Part shown: positions 38,039 to 47,709 of the stretch, in pieces | Layout: each line of letters opens with the position of its first letter | Numbering within the stretch: the stretch's first letter is position 1 | DNA from: a virus | Length of the DNA: 64,000 nucleotides | IMG/VR virus record: IMGVR_UViG_3300046454_000807 | Coordinates: 1-64,000 of that record | Reading direction: 5' to 3' (one strand) | Notes under the pieces: generated by a model | The model's database searches: none | The model's input: only the letters and a program-made list of their open reading frames with translations | Told to the model about the DNA's origin: nothing | Program-made: the position numbers and the translations under genes

Positions 38039-38835
38039 TGTTTGCCACGGTGTGTGTGCTCTCTTACGAACGATTGGCGTTCCTCAAAGACTGCATCGGC
38101 TCCATGCTGGCCAGGGCCGACGCCGACTTCGAGCTGGTCGTTCACGACGACGGCTCGCGGGACCCCGAGCTTCGCCGCTGGCTGTTGCAGATGAGCGAGG
38201 AGGGTGTGATCTCCACCTTGCTGATGAACTCGCCGGGCTGGAACGAGGGACAAGGGATCGCCTTCAACCGCATGGCGGCCGTGGCGAAGGGCGATCCGAT
38301 CATCAAGTGCGACCAGGACCTGATCTTCGATTCCGGCTGGCTGCGCAAGGTGCAGGCGGTGCTGGAGGAAAACCAAGCCGAAGGCTTCGAGGGCTGTGTC
38401 CACACCGGCGGCTGTCCTCACCCGGAGGAGTGCGATCCGACACATCCCGTCTGCGAAGACCGCGCCCCGCTGATCGGTGCGCTGGGCATCTTCCGCTACC
38501 CGGTCGAGCCGGTGAAATACGAGGAGATGTTGATCGCCGAGCACGGCGGTTGGCAGGAGCACCGTGACTTCGTGGGTTCCTTCATCGCCATCCCTCGCAC
38601 CGCCTGGGAGCTGTTCGGGCCGTGGAGTGAGCGCAGTGCCGCCTTCGCCGAGGACAACGAGTTCAAGTTGAAGATCGCGGCCACGGAGGGCTGGTGCTGC
38701 GCGCTGACGACGGAGGAGCTGGCGATGAACCAGGGCTTCGGCGTCGGGCCTTCCACTCTCGTCCTCGGCTACGAGCCGGGCGAAGTGAAGGAGATCAAGC
38801 CCGGACCCAAGGTCTACGAGCCCCAGGGGGTGTGA
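38038..38835 (+). CDS. Glycosyltransferase family 2 with a Cys-rich insertion
   Basis: VHDDGS, CDQD, AEDNEF. Confidence 0.88.
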   Translation: MFATVCVLSYERLAFLKDCIGSMLARADADFELVVHDDGSRDPELRRWLLQMSEEGVISTLLMNSPGWNEGQGIAFNRMAAVAKGDPIIKCDQDLIFDSGWLRKVQAVLEENQAEGFEGCVHTGGCPHPEECDPTHPVCEDRAPLIGALGIFRYPVEPVKYEEMLIAEHGGWQEHRDFVGSFIAIPRTAWELFGPWSERSAAFAEDNEFKLKIAATEGWCCALTTEELAMNQGFGVGPSTLVLGYEPGEVKEIKPGPKVYEPQGV

Positions 38836-38836
38836 C

Positions 38837-39106
38837 GTGGAGGACGAGCTGAAGCAGAAGGCACCGCCGGAGGTCGAGGAGTCGCCCGAGGAGATCGCTG
38901 AAGAGATCAAGGCCGTCATGGAGGAGGTCGAGCAGGAGGCGAAGGCTGCGGCCGAGCGCCGGCGCCCGCGATGGATGCGCGAGCGTCGCGAGCTGCACCG
39001 CCTCACCATCGTCGAGCGCAAGCAGCGCCGTGGACGGAACCAGGAGCGCCGGCGGCGACGGCTGGCCCGCGGTGGCCGGAGGCACGGAAGGCCGGTGGGG
39101 CGATGA
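38837..39106 (+). CDS. Small protein with acidic N-terminus and Arg-rich C-terminus
   Basis: Fills the gap; ATGA overlap downstream. Confidence 0.6.
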   Translation: MEDELKQKAPPEVEESPEEIAEEIKAVMEEVEQEAKAAAERRRPRWMRERRELHRLTIVERKQRRGRNQERRRRRLARGGRRHGRPVGR

Positions 39107-39951
39107 AGACGGCTGTGGTGATGCCCGTCGGCCCTGGCCGCGGCGACAACGTGCGTCAGAGCATCGAATCGCTGGCCGCCATGACGACCCATCCTCACCT
39201 GCTGCTGGTCGTCTGCGACGGCGAGGTCGATCTTCCCACCGAGCTGGACGATATGCCCTTCCCCGCCGTTGCCCTACGCGCCCCGAAGCACGAGCCGGGG
39301 ATGGAGCAGCCACGCAACATCGGTGTGCGGAGACTGGAGGACACGGACATCGACACCGCCTGGTTCCTCGACTCCGACATCATCGTCGCGCCCGAGGCGC
39401 TGGAGCGCTTCGAAGAGGCGATGGACGGTCGCCCACGCATCCTGGTTGGACCCTACGACTGGTTGCCGCCGGGCACGCGCGAGCCGATGTCCGAGCTGAA
39501 AAACGACCCGCGCTGGGCATCCTTCGAGGAGCATGGCTGGAACGAGGTCATGGTCGAGAACCTCAGTGCTGGGCTCGCCTGCTTCTCCGGCAACCTGGTG
39601 TGGCCGATCGACGAGTTCGCCCGCATCGGCGGCTTCTGGAATGAGCTGCACCACGGCCGCTGCGAGGACGGCGAGCTGGGACTTCGAGCTGTCGCCTGCG
39701 GTGTTCCCATCTCGATGGTCGCCGGCGCCCGCGGCTGGCATCTGGCCCACGCCGTGGATTTCGAGTTGACACTGCAACGCAACGAACGCGACGTGCCGAT
39801 GTTGAACGAGCGTCACCCTTGGGTTGAGGGTGAGGGTTTGTTCGTGGTGGAGGAGGACGGCAAGCGCTTCAACGTCCGCTGCAAGTGCGGCTGGGAGGGC
39901 AACACGGCCGAGATATGGGCTCATCAACACGAGTGCGAGGAGGCGGTATGA
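39103..39951 (+). CDS. Glycosyltransferase family 2 (GT7C-like C-terminus)
   Basis: RNIG, FLDSD, GGFWNE...EDGELGLR, WHLAH. Confidence 0.88.
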   Translation: MKTAVVMPVGPGRGDNVRQSIESLAAMTTHPHLLLVVCDGEVDLPTELDDMPFPAVALRAPKHEPGMEQPRNIGVRRLEDTDIDTAWFLDSDIIVAPEALERFEEAMDGRPRILVGPYDWLPPGTREPMSELKNDPRWASFEEHGWNEVMVENLSAGLACFSGNLVWPIDEFARIGGFWNELHHGRCEDGELGLRAVACGVPISMVAGARGWHLAHAVDFELTLQRNERDVPMLNERHPWVEGEGLFVVEEDGKRFNVRCKCGWEGNTAEIWAHQHECEEAV

Positions 39952-40991
39952 AGAAGGCAATCGTCACCGGATGCAATGGGCTGGTCGGCGCCGAGGCCGT
40001 AGCGCTGCTGTGTGAAAACGACTACGTGGTCTACGGCTTCGACAATGACATGCGTCGTTACTTCTTTGGCGCGGAGGCTTCTACTTTCTCCCGCGGGCTC
40101 GAATTGACCGAACGCTTCAAGACGTTCCTTGACTATGGAGTGGACGTTCGCAAGATCGAGGAGGTTATGAGCGTCTTCGAGCGGATCGACGGGCCGGTCG
40201 ATTTGATCGTCCACACCGCGGCCCAGCCTTCACACGACTGGGCCGCCAAGGAGCCGCGCACCGACTTCGATGTCAACGCGATCGGCACGCTCAACATGCT
40301 GGAGGTCATGCGCGCCCACTTCCCGGAGGCGACCTTTGCTCACATCTCCACGAGCAAGGTCTACGGTGACAATCCGAACCGGCTGGCGTTCAGCGACCGC
40401 GGCAAACGCATTGACGTGGGCGTCGAACATCCCTTCTACGAGGGCATCGACACGTCGATGTCGGTCGAGGGCTGTCTGCACAGCCTCTTCGGGGTGTCGA
40501 AGCTGGCTGGCGACCTCCTGGTGCAGGAGTATGGCCGCTACTTTGGGATGAACACTGTCTGCTTCCGGCCGGGCTGCGTGACGGGTCCCGGTCACGCTGG
40601 CGCCGAGCTTCACGGCTTCTTGTCCTACTTGGTCAAATGCGTCGTCAAGGGACTTCCGTACACCATCTTCGGCTACGAGGGCAAGCAGGTCCGCTGCAAC
40701 ATCTACGGTCGTGACCTCGCTGCTGCCTGCTTGGAGTTCCACTCGAACCCCAAGCCCGGCGCCGTCTACAACATCGGCGGTGGCCGGGAGAACGCGATCT
40801 CGATGATAGAGGCGATCGAGCTGGCGGAAAAGATCACCGGCAAGACCCTGACCACTCACTATGAGCCGAAAGCGCGGATCGGCGATCACATGTGGTGGAT
40901 CAGCTCGAACCGCGACTTTGAACGTGACTTCCCGCGGTGGGAGCAGTCGCGCACGGTGGACCAGATGATCGAGGAGATCGCGGCCACATGA
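39948..40991 (+). CDS. NAD-dependent NDP-sugar epimerase (CDP-paratose 2-epimerase-like)
   Basis: TGCNGLVG, HTAAQPSHDWA, STSKVYGD, HSLFGVSK, GKQVR. Confidence 0.9.
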   Translation: MKKAIVTGCNGLVGAEAVALLCENDYVVYGFDNDMRRYFFGAEASTFSRGLELTERFKTFLDYGVDVRKIEEVMSVFERIDGPVDLIVHTAAQPSHDWAAKEPRTDFDVNAIGTLNMLEVMRAHFPEATFAHISTSKVYGDNPNRLAFSDRGKRIDVGVEHPFYEGIDTSMSVEGCLHSLFGVSKLAGDLLVQEYGRYFGMNTVCFRPGCVTGPGHAGAELHGFLSYLVKCVVKGLPYTIFGYEGKQVRCNIYGRDLAAACLEFHSNPKPGAVYNIGGGRENAISMIEAIELAEKITGKTLTTHYEPKARIGDHMWWISSNRDFERDFPRWEQSRTVDQMIEEIAAT

Positions 40992-41770
40992 GGCTTCTCG
41001 TCTGCATACCAACGATCACCGGGCGCGAGGAGTTCCTGAAACGTGCTGTCTGGGCGTACCAGAAACGCACGCCTGGCGTTGAAGTCCACATCGAGGTCGT
41101 CTACAACGAGCCGACCTGTGGGCTGGGTTGGCAGAAGGCGGTCGAGCGAGGGCTATCGCGGCTCCAGCCGCCGCCGGAGTACATCCACTTCGGCAACGAC
41201 GACATCATGGTCGCCGAGGGCTGGTTCTTCCCGCTGGCGGAGGCCGCGTCGCAGGGTTACCTGCCGGGCTCGCGGATGGAGCCTGCCGGCTATCACCTTG
41301 GCGAAGAGCCAGCCGAAGCGATCTCGCCGTGGTGGGTGAAGCCGTCGGAGCGCAGCTACTTCTACGCTGACCTGCCCGAGAACCAGCCGAAGCATGACTG
41401 GGCACCCCTCGACCACAGTGCGCTGCCGTTCTGTTCGGTGGGGCAATGGCTCAAGATCGGCCGCTTCATCCCGATCCATTTCGGCACCGACAAGTGGTTC
41501 TACCACCGCGCTCGTGAGTGTGGCATGGAAGCCGTCGCCCGAATGGACTCGGTGATCTTCAACTATGCGACTCAGATCGGGCGCCAGAAGGGCGAGTGGA
41601 CTGAGACCGACATTATCGACTTCGACCTCAATCTTGCCTACCCGCAGTACCTCGCCGGTGGTCTGAATCCGGTCGAGCAGCATCCACTCCGGCTGACGCC
41701 CAGAGGGCTCGAACTGGCCCGGCAGTGGCGCAAGAACAACCTGCCACCGCCGTACCACTGGGAGGAATAG
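40988..41770 (+). CDS. Divergent GT2-like glycosyltransferase
   Basis: VCIPT, FGNDD, FGTDKWF. Confidence 0.7.
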   Translation: MRLLVCIPTITGREEFLKRAVWAYQKRTPGVEVHIEVVYNEPTCGLGWQKAVERGLSRLQPPPEYIHFGNDDIMVAEGWFFPLAEAASQGYLPGSRMEPAGYHLGEEPAEAISPWWVKPSERSYFYADLPENQPKHDWAPLDHSALPFCSVGQWLKIGRFIPIHFGTDKWFYHRARECGMEAVARMDSVIFNYATQIGRQKGEWTETDIIDFDLNLAYPQYLAGGLNPVEQHPLRLTPRGLELARQWRKNNLPPPYHWEE

Positions 41771-42549
41771 TGGACATCACCCTTTTGATCTCGACGTTCA
41801 ATCGCGCCGAGCTACTGGCCCACTCGCTGAAGCGGCTGACCGAACTGACGCCGCCCGCCGAGCTGATCGTCGTGGACGACGGAGGCACCGACAACACCGA
41901 GGAGGTCTGCCAGGCGTTCAGCTCCCTGCCGATCCGCTACATCTACAACCACAACCCCGAGTGGTCGATCTGCTCGATGGCCCGCAACATCGGGGTGAAA
42001 GAGGCGTCGAACGACTGGATCGTCACCGCCGAGCCCGAGCTGTTCTTCGTGACCGATGTGCTGGCCCAGTTCGCCGCCCTGGAGCCCCAGCATCCCAACG
42101 AGGTTATCTCCGCCGGCACGATCTACTTCCAGCCCGAGGGCGGCCCGCCGCCGAGCACGAACGTCGAGGGACTTGAGACGGCGGGCGACTATGTGCCACC
42201 GACGGGCACTGAGGAAGCGATCGGCTGGGTCGCTCCCTTCACTGCCCTCTACTCCCGGCCAGCCCTGCTTGATGTGGGCGGTTGGGATGAGGAGTTCCCT
42301 GGGGCATGGGGCTGGGACGACATCGACCTGCTCACGCGACTTCGGATCAAAGGTGTGAATCAACACATCGCCCTCGACGTGAAGGTCCTTCATCAGTGGC
42401 ATGGACCCAAGCACCGAGGCGACGTGGATTTCGTCAACGAGGGGTACTTCCGCGCCAAGAGCTTCGTCGCCGGCGGCGTGGAGTCACCCGACCTACCAGA
42501 CATCATCGCGAATAGGGGGCACGAGTGGGGCAAGATCAGAAGCCGATAG
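41770..42549 (+). CDS. Glycosyltransferase family 2
   Basis: STFNR, VVDDGGTD, ARNIG, GGWDEEF.GWDD.D, LHQWH. Confidence 0.92.
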   Translation: MDITLLISTFNRAELLAHSLKRLTELTPPAELIVVDDGGTDNTEEVCQAFSSLPIRYIYNHNPEWSICSMARNIGVKEASNDWIVTAEPELFFVTDVLAQFAALEPQHPNEVISAGTIYFQPEGGPPPSTNVEGLETAGDYVPPTGTEEAIGWVAPFTALYSRPALLDVGGWDEEFPGAWGWDDIDLLTRLRIKGVNQHIALDVKVLHQWHGPKHRGDVDFVNEGYFRAKSFVAGGVESPDLPDIIANRGHEWGKIRSR

Positions 42550-43184
42550 ACAGGATTGCGGAGGAGGCTAAGACCTGGTGCATCCCGGACGACGCTCGGC
42601 GCGAGGAGAAGGCGCAGCGCGAGCGCATCCGGCACCCGAAGCTCATCAAGGACCTCCTACTCGACCAGCTCGCCACGCACACGATGGACGTACTGGAGAT
42701 CGGTGGCGGCCCGATGCCGGTGACGGACCTGCTGCCGTTCTCGTCGCGGATCGTGGTCGATCCCTGCACTGACCAGTACCGCGACTACTTCCCCTGCAAC
42801 GACCACATCGCCGACACGATCGAGCACTTCTACACCGACGACCTGGAGGAGTGCTTCGACCTGGTGGTCTGCACCAATGCCCTCGACCACGTTCAGGAAG
42901 ACATGGTGCCGGCGGTCTTCGACGTGATCCGGCGAGTGCTGCGACCGGGTGGCTTCGCGGCGATTATGTGCGCTGAGAACAACGCTCTGACCAACCCCCA
43001 TCCCTGCCATGCGGTCAACCTCGACGCGGCGCGGGTCCACCGAGCCCTTGACCCCGAGTTCGAGACGGTATGGGAGCTGACCTACGCCCGCGACGGCTAC
43101 CGCTACGGCTGGGCCGAATACGAGGGCAAGATCGGCCAGCCAGCCTTCGCAATCCTCCTCCGCAAGGCGGTTGGGTATGCATAA
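42525..43184 (+). CDS. Class I SAM-dependent methyltransferase
   Basis: VLEIGGG, FDLVVCTNALDHV, RVLRPGG. Confidence 0.88.
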   Translation: MGQDQKPIDRIAEEAKTWCIPDDARREEKAQRERIRHPKLIKDLLLDQLATHTMDVLEIGGGPMPVTDLLPFSSRIVVDPCTDQYRDYFPCNDHIADTIEHFYTDDLEECFDLVVCTNALDHVQEDMVPAVFDVIRRVLRPGGFAAIMCAENNALTNPHPCHAVNLDAARVHRALDPEFETVWELTYARDGYRYGWAEYEGKIGQPAFAILLRKAVGYA

Positions 43185-43899
43185 ACCCAGAATCCTCGAC
43201 CTGTTCTGTGGTGCTGGTGGAATCGCCAAGGGCTACCAACGTGCGGGCTTCCATGTGGTCGGAGTGGACATCGAACTGCAACCGAACTATTGCGGAGATG
43301 AGTTCTACCACGCTGATGCCCTGGCTATGACGCAGGACATACTGCGCAGTTGCTGGCATGAGAGTTCACAGAGGACCTCACTCAAAGGAATGCTTGACCG
43401 CTGTCTCGGGCACTTCCAGGCCATTCACGCTTCCCCTCCGTGTCAGGCGCACAGTGACCTCCAGAAACAGAACAAGCGAACTTATCCAGAGTTGATCGAG
43501 CCGACCAGGGAGCTACTTATCGCTTCCGAACTGCCCTATGTGATCGAGAACGTCGAGGGGGCGCCGCTGCTCGACCCGATCATGCTCTGCGGCACGATGT
43601 TCCCCGGTCTGCGGGTGCTGCGCCATCGACTCTTCGAGACCAACTTCCCGATCACAGCACCACAGCACCACAGCACCCAGCACCCGCTCGTTTTTACCCA
43701 CGACAAGCGGAAGGCTCATTACGGCAAGCTCGACCAGAACACATCCTTCGTTCAGGTCACTGGCGGTGGAAACTGCACGATCGCCAACGCTCGGGACGCA
43801 ATGGGGATCGACTGGATGAACAAGCCGGAGATCAACGAGGCCGTCCCCCCAGCCTATGGAGAATACGTCGGGCGGGCTCTACGGGCGCATCTTGGCTGA
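43177..43899 (+). CDS. C5 cytosine DNA methyltransferase (short phage type)
   Basis: LDLFCGAGG, ASPPCQ, VIENV, RHRLFE. Confidence 0.88.
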   Translation: MHKPRILDLFCGAGGIAKGYQRAGFHVVGVDIELQPNYCGDEFYHADALAMTQDILRSCWHESSQRTSLKGMLDRCLGHFQAIHASPPCQAHSDLQKQNKRTYPELIEPTRELLIASELPYVIENVEGAPLLDPIMLCGTMFPGLRVLRHRLFETNFPITAPQHHSTQHPLVFTHDKRKAHYGKLDQNTSFVQVTGGGNCTIANARDAMGIDWMNKPEINEAVPPAYGEYVGRALRAHLG

Positions 43900-44941
43900 C
43901 CTCGATATCAAGAAAGACGTGTGCATGGTCGGCCTCGGCACGTCGGCACCGTGTTACTACCGCGTCATGCTGCCGGCGATGGAGCTGGGCTGCGATTGGA
44001 CCGGCGTTGCTGGTTACCCGCCGCGGTTCCACTGGCTCACCGGCAGCGTGCGCGGCGAGTCACAGCTTCCCGACCTGATCGACAACTACAAAATCGTCGT
44101 CCTCCAACAGCCACACGGTGAGAGCTGGGAGAAGATGATCGAGACGATGCAAGAACATGGCAAGAAGGTCGTCTTCGAGGTAGACGATTACTTGCACGGA
44201 ATCCAGAAGCGTGGTGACCATCAGTTCGCCGAGCACTACGACGATCGCGCGCTGCTGCTGTTCGAGATGTGCATGAGGAAGTGCGATGCAATGATCGTCT
44301 CCACGCAGTACCTCTTCGACAAGTACAAAAAGTTCAACCCGAACATCTACCTCTGTCGCAACGGGATCGACCTTAACCGCTACAAGCTCACCCGGCCGAA
44401 GCGCAACACGGTCAACATCGGCTGGGCCGGCGCTACCGGGCACGCCCAGGCGATGCTGCCGTGGCTGCATCAGGTGCAGGCTGTCATGAACGAGAAGCCG
44501 GAGACCTGCTTCATCTCGATCGGACTGCCCTTCGCGAAGTCGATCGCACCCTACGTCGGGGAAGATCGCTGCATCTCGATTCCCTGGACCTCGATCGAGA
44601 CCTATCCGTCGGCGATGTCCATGTTCGACATCGCGCTGGCGCCTAGTGGTGGTGGTGGCTGGTACCGCGGCAAGTCGGACCTGCGCTGGCTGGAGGCATC
44701 GGCCTTGGGGATCGCGACGATCGCGCGGCCGAGCACTTACCCCGAAATCGAGCACGGTGTGACCGGCTTCCACGCGACGAGCCCGCAGGACATGGTGGTC
44801 GCGCTGATGGAGCTGATCGGAGACAAAGGGTTGCGAGAGGAGGTCGGGCGCGCAGCCAAAGCCTTCGTCACCGATCACCGCTCGATGCCGATCATGGCAC
44901 AGAGCTGGCAGGCCGCGCTCGAAACTATCCATGCCCAATAA
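43856..44941 (+). CDS. Glycosyltransferase, GT-B/GT4-like (start may be TTG 43892)
   Basis: YYRV.LP, FEVDD, IGWAG...H, DIALAP, KSDLRWLEASALG. Confidence 0.88.
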   Translation: MENTSGGLYGRILADLDIKKDVCMVGLGTSAPCYYRVMLPAMELGCDWTGVAGYPPRFHWLTGSVRGESQLPDLIDNYKIVVLQQPHGESWEKMIETMQEHGKKVVFEVDDYLHGIQKRGDHQFAEHYDDRALLLFEMCMRKCDAMIVSTQYLFDKYKKFNPNIYLCRNGIDLNRYKLTRPKRNTVNIGWAGATGHAQAMLPWLHQVQAVMNEKPETCFISIGLPFAKSIAPYVGEDRCISIPWTSIETYPSAMSMFDIALAPSGGGGWYRGKSDLRWLEASALGIATIARPSTYPEIEHGVTGFHATSPQDMVVALMELIGDKGLREEVGRAAKAFVTDHRSMPIMAQSWQAALETIHAQ

Positions 44942-45305
44942 GCCCACACCAGCAGAGATCACGGGCGAGGTCGCCCGCATCCTGCGCCTCTACAGGTTCA
45001 CCTATACCACGGAGGATGATCTTCAGCGTGGGATCGCCGAGGCGCTGACCGAAGCCGAAGCGCCGTTCACGCGCGAGTTCCAAATGGACAGTGGTCGGAT
45101 CGACTTCATGGTTCACGCCGCCTGTGAGGTTGGGATCGAGGTCAAGGTCGGGGGCTCGCCTAGCGCCGTCGGGCGCCAGCTCATGCGCTACCTGAAAGAC
45201 GACGGCCTCCGCGGTCTGGTGTTGGTAACGAGCCGGCGCGGTCATCGCAAGCTGTGGGCGCCCGGCAAGCCCTTCGAGGTCGTGTGGCTCGGCGATGTCG
45301 TCTAA
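44931..45305 (+). CDS. PD-(D/E)xK-type nuclease
   Basis: E...RIDF...IEVK...QLMRY; paired with the SNF2 gene. Confidence 0.7.
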   Translation: MPNKPTPAEITGEVARILRLYRFTYTTEDDLQRGIAEALTEAEAPFTREFQMDSGRIDFMVHAACEVGIEVKVGGSPSAVGRQLMRYLKDDGLRGLVLVTSRRGHRKLWAPGKPFEVVWLGDVV

Positions 45306-46983
45306 GACCTACGGCAAGCTCAAACGCTACGGCCGGTACTGGGGGGTCGAGACCGACCCTGCCGTGATGATAATCCTCAAGCGCTGGTTCCCGCGAGTGA
45401 ACCCGAACCGCGACGGCGTGCTGATGGTCAGCGCCACGGCCGAGGTCTCCCGCAACCTGGCGTGGTTCCAAATGCGCTACCCGATGGAGATGCGCGGGGA
45501 CCACCGCCAGCTCCTGGAGACGGAGGCCGAGGCGGACAAGAGCCTGGAGTTTGAAGCCGCCGACATCCTCGCCGGCGGCCAGCTCAAGCGGGAGCTGAAG
45601 TGGGAAATCGAATCACCGCCGGCACCGGGTGAGCCCCGCGACTACCAGCTCATCGGCGCCAACCTCGCCCTTCGCACGGGCCACCTGCTGATCGCCGACG
45701 ACGTGGGGCTCGGGAAGACCGTGACCTCGCTGCTGATCCTCCGCGATGCCGGTCTGCTGCCAGCGCTGATCGTCTGTCAAACCCATCTGCCGCAGCAGTG
45801 GCTAGAAGAAATCGAAGACTTCCTCCCGTGGTTGACGGGTCACATCGCACGAAAAGGTACCCCATACAAACTCGCGAAATACCACAAAGGAAAAGCGCCC
45901 AACGTTCTGATCCTCAACTACGCCAAGCTCGCAGGGTGGGCGCCGAAGTTGAAGGGTGCGATCAAGGCCGTGATCCTCGACGAGGGCCAGGAACTGCGAC
46001 GCGAGGGGACGCAGAAGTACGACGCAGCGGGACTTGTCGCGGACGCAGCGGAGTGTGTGGCAATGACGACCGCGACACCGATCTACAACTACGGCGACGA
46101 GATTTACAACGTGATGGACATCGTGAAGCGCGGCTGCCTCGGGGAGCGCGAAGAGTTCGTTCGGGAGTGGGGCAAGCCGATGGGCAACCACATGGGGGTG
46201 AAGGACCCGAGGGCGCTCCGACAGCATCTCATCAACCAGAACCTGATGATCCAACGGACTCGCAAAGAGGTCGGCCGCGAGTTGCCCGAGACCCTCAAAG
46301 TCCGGCACGCGATCGAGTCCGACGACGCGGCCTTCGAGAAGCTCATGGAGGGAGCCGAGCGCACCGCCGACATCCTCGTCACCCGCGAAGCGAGCCGCGA
46401 GGAACTCTTCCAGCTCAGCGGCGACTTCGAGTGGCAAATGCGCCGCGCGACCGGGATCGCCAAGGCACCGTTCGTCGCCGAGTTCGCCAAGTCGCTGCTG
46501 GAATCGGGCGAGCAGCTCGTGATGTTCGGCTGGCACCATGCCGTCTACGACATCTGGCGCGACGCACTCAAAGACTTCAACCCGGCCTTCTACACGGGCC
46601 AGGAGACGCCGGCCAAGAAGCTGATCGCCAAGCAACAATTCATCTCCGGCGAGTCGAAGGTGCTCTGCATGTCGCTTCGCTCTGGCGCCGGGCTCGACGG
46701 GCTCCAGGAGGTCAGTCACATCGCTCTGTTCGGCGAGCTAGACTGGTCGCCGACGATGCACGAGCAGTGCATTGGCCGGCTCCGGCGCGACGGGATGGAC
46801 GAGACGGTAGTCGCCTACTTCTTGGTATCGGAGAACGGCAGCGACCCGATGATCGCCGACGTGCTCAACCTGAAGCGGACGCAGAGCGAGCCCTTCATGG
46901 ACCCGGAGTCGAAGCTGCTCTCGGTGACGGAGCAGAAAGGCAGCCGGGCCAAGGAGATGGCCGAACACTTCCTCGCCAAATAA
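45295..46983 (+). CDS. SNF2-family helicase
   Basis: DDVGLGKT, DEGQ, TATP, GAGLDGL, QCIGRLRRDG. Confidence 0.92.
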   Translation: MSSKTYGKLKRYGRYWGVETDPAVMIILKRWFPRVNPNRDGVLMVSATAEVSRNLAWFQMRYPMEMRGDHRQLLETEAEADKSLEFEAADILAGGQLKRELKWEIESPPAPGEPRDYQLIGANLALRTGHLLIADDVGLGKTVTSLLILRDAGLLPALIVCQTHLPQQWLEEIEDFLPWLTGHIARKGTPYKLAKYHKGKAPNVLILNYAKLAGWAPKLKGAIKAVILDEGQELRREGTQKYDAAGLVADAAECVAMTTATPIYNYGDEIYNVMDIVKRGCLGEREEFVREWGKPMGNHMGVKDPRALRQHLINQNLMIQRTRKEVGRELPETLKVRHAIESDDAAFEKLMEGAERTADILVTREASREELFQLSGDFEWQMRRATGIAKAPFVAEFAKSLLESGEQLVMFGWHHAVYDIWRDALKDFNPAFYTGQETPAKKLIAKQQFISGESKVLCMSLRSGAGLDGLQEVSHIALFGELDWSPTMHEQCIGRLRRDGMDETVVAYFLVSENGSDPMIADVLNLKRTQSEPFMDPESKLLSVTEQKGSRAKEMAEHFLAK

Positions 46984-47020
46984 GTCGTCCGCCCGTCGTG
47001 TATATTGCGGCTAGCTGAGT

Positions 47021-47080
47021 AACGGGCTTCGCCCCTACGCCGGTTCCGTGACCGCCGGCGAAAGGGGGGCGGAGCCCGTT
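47021..47080 (+). promoter_or_regulatory. Large leader hairpin upstream of the sigma gene
   Basis: 15-bp stem 47021-47035/47066-47080 containing GGAG; TATATT at 47001-47006. Confidence 0.6.
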
Positions 47081-47088
47081 CTGCATTT

Positions 47089-47709
47089 ATGGACGCAAAG
47101 ACGGCTGAAGACCCGAAGCTACTTGCCCACTACGAGGGGTTGGTTCGCAAGACCGCCGCGCGGGTCGCGCCGAAGGTGGAGGAAGACTACGACGACATCT
47201 GTCAATTCCTCCGCTACAAGGTGTGGAAAGCGTTGCAGGCGTTCACTGCGAAACGGGTTAAGCCCACTGCGAACATGACGCTTACAGAAAAGCGTGACAG
47301 ATTCGTCTTCGCGTGCCTCACTAACGCCGTCAAGGATGTGTTGAAGAAGAAGCGACACTATCTTCTGTTCATAGAGGACCTGACCGCAGACACCGGCTAC
47401 AGCGATTCGGCTCACGAGGGCTGGGGGTCGAACCTAGCTGCCAAGCAGAAGTTCGAAGGTCGCTACCTCTCCGAGGATGCCGACTTCGAGAAGCTGTTCG
47501 AGGAAGACACCGTTCTCATCCCCAGCACCCTCGACTCCGTAGAGCGCCGCGTGGCGCTCTTGCTCTATATGGACTTCACGCCGACCGACATCGGCAGGCA
47601 GATCAAATGCCAGCGCAAAGACGTGGAAGAGATCGTCGGCTCGATCCAGGAGAAGATGGCCGACTGGCAGCCGAGCGCCGCGGACGAGCGCGTTCCCCTC
47701 GCCGCCTAG
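47089..47709 (+). CDS. Phage sigma factor (sigma-70/ECF-like)
   Basis: YEGLVRKTA...YDDICQ...VWKAL...NAVKDVLKK (region 2); C-terminal HTH (region 4). Confidence 0.75.
   Translation: MDAKTAEDPKLLAHYEGLVRKTAARVAPKVEEDYDDICQFLRYKVWKALQAFTAKRVKPTANMTLTEKRDRFVFACLTNAVKDVLKKKRHYLLFIEDLTADTGYSDSAHEGWGSNLAAKQKFEGRYLSEDADFEKLFEEDTVLIPSTLDSVERRVALLLYMDFTPTDIGRQIKCQRKDVEEIVGSIQEKMADWQPSAADERVPLAA

Noticed and set aside
36325-44941. Host-derived O-antigen or capsule locus (prophage boundary)
   Set aside because: Genes are translationally coupled to phage RNase H and SNF2 genes, share the codon and palindrome-avoidance pattern, and lack flippase, polymerase and priming GT genes.
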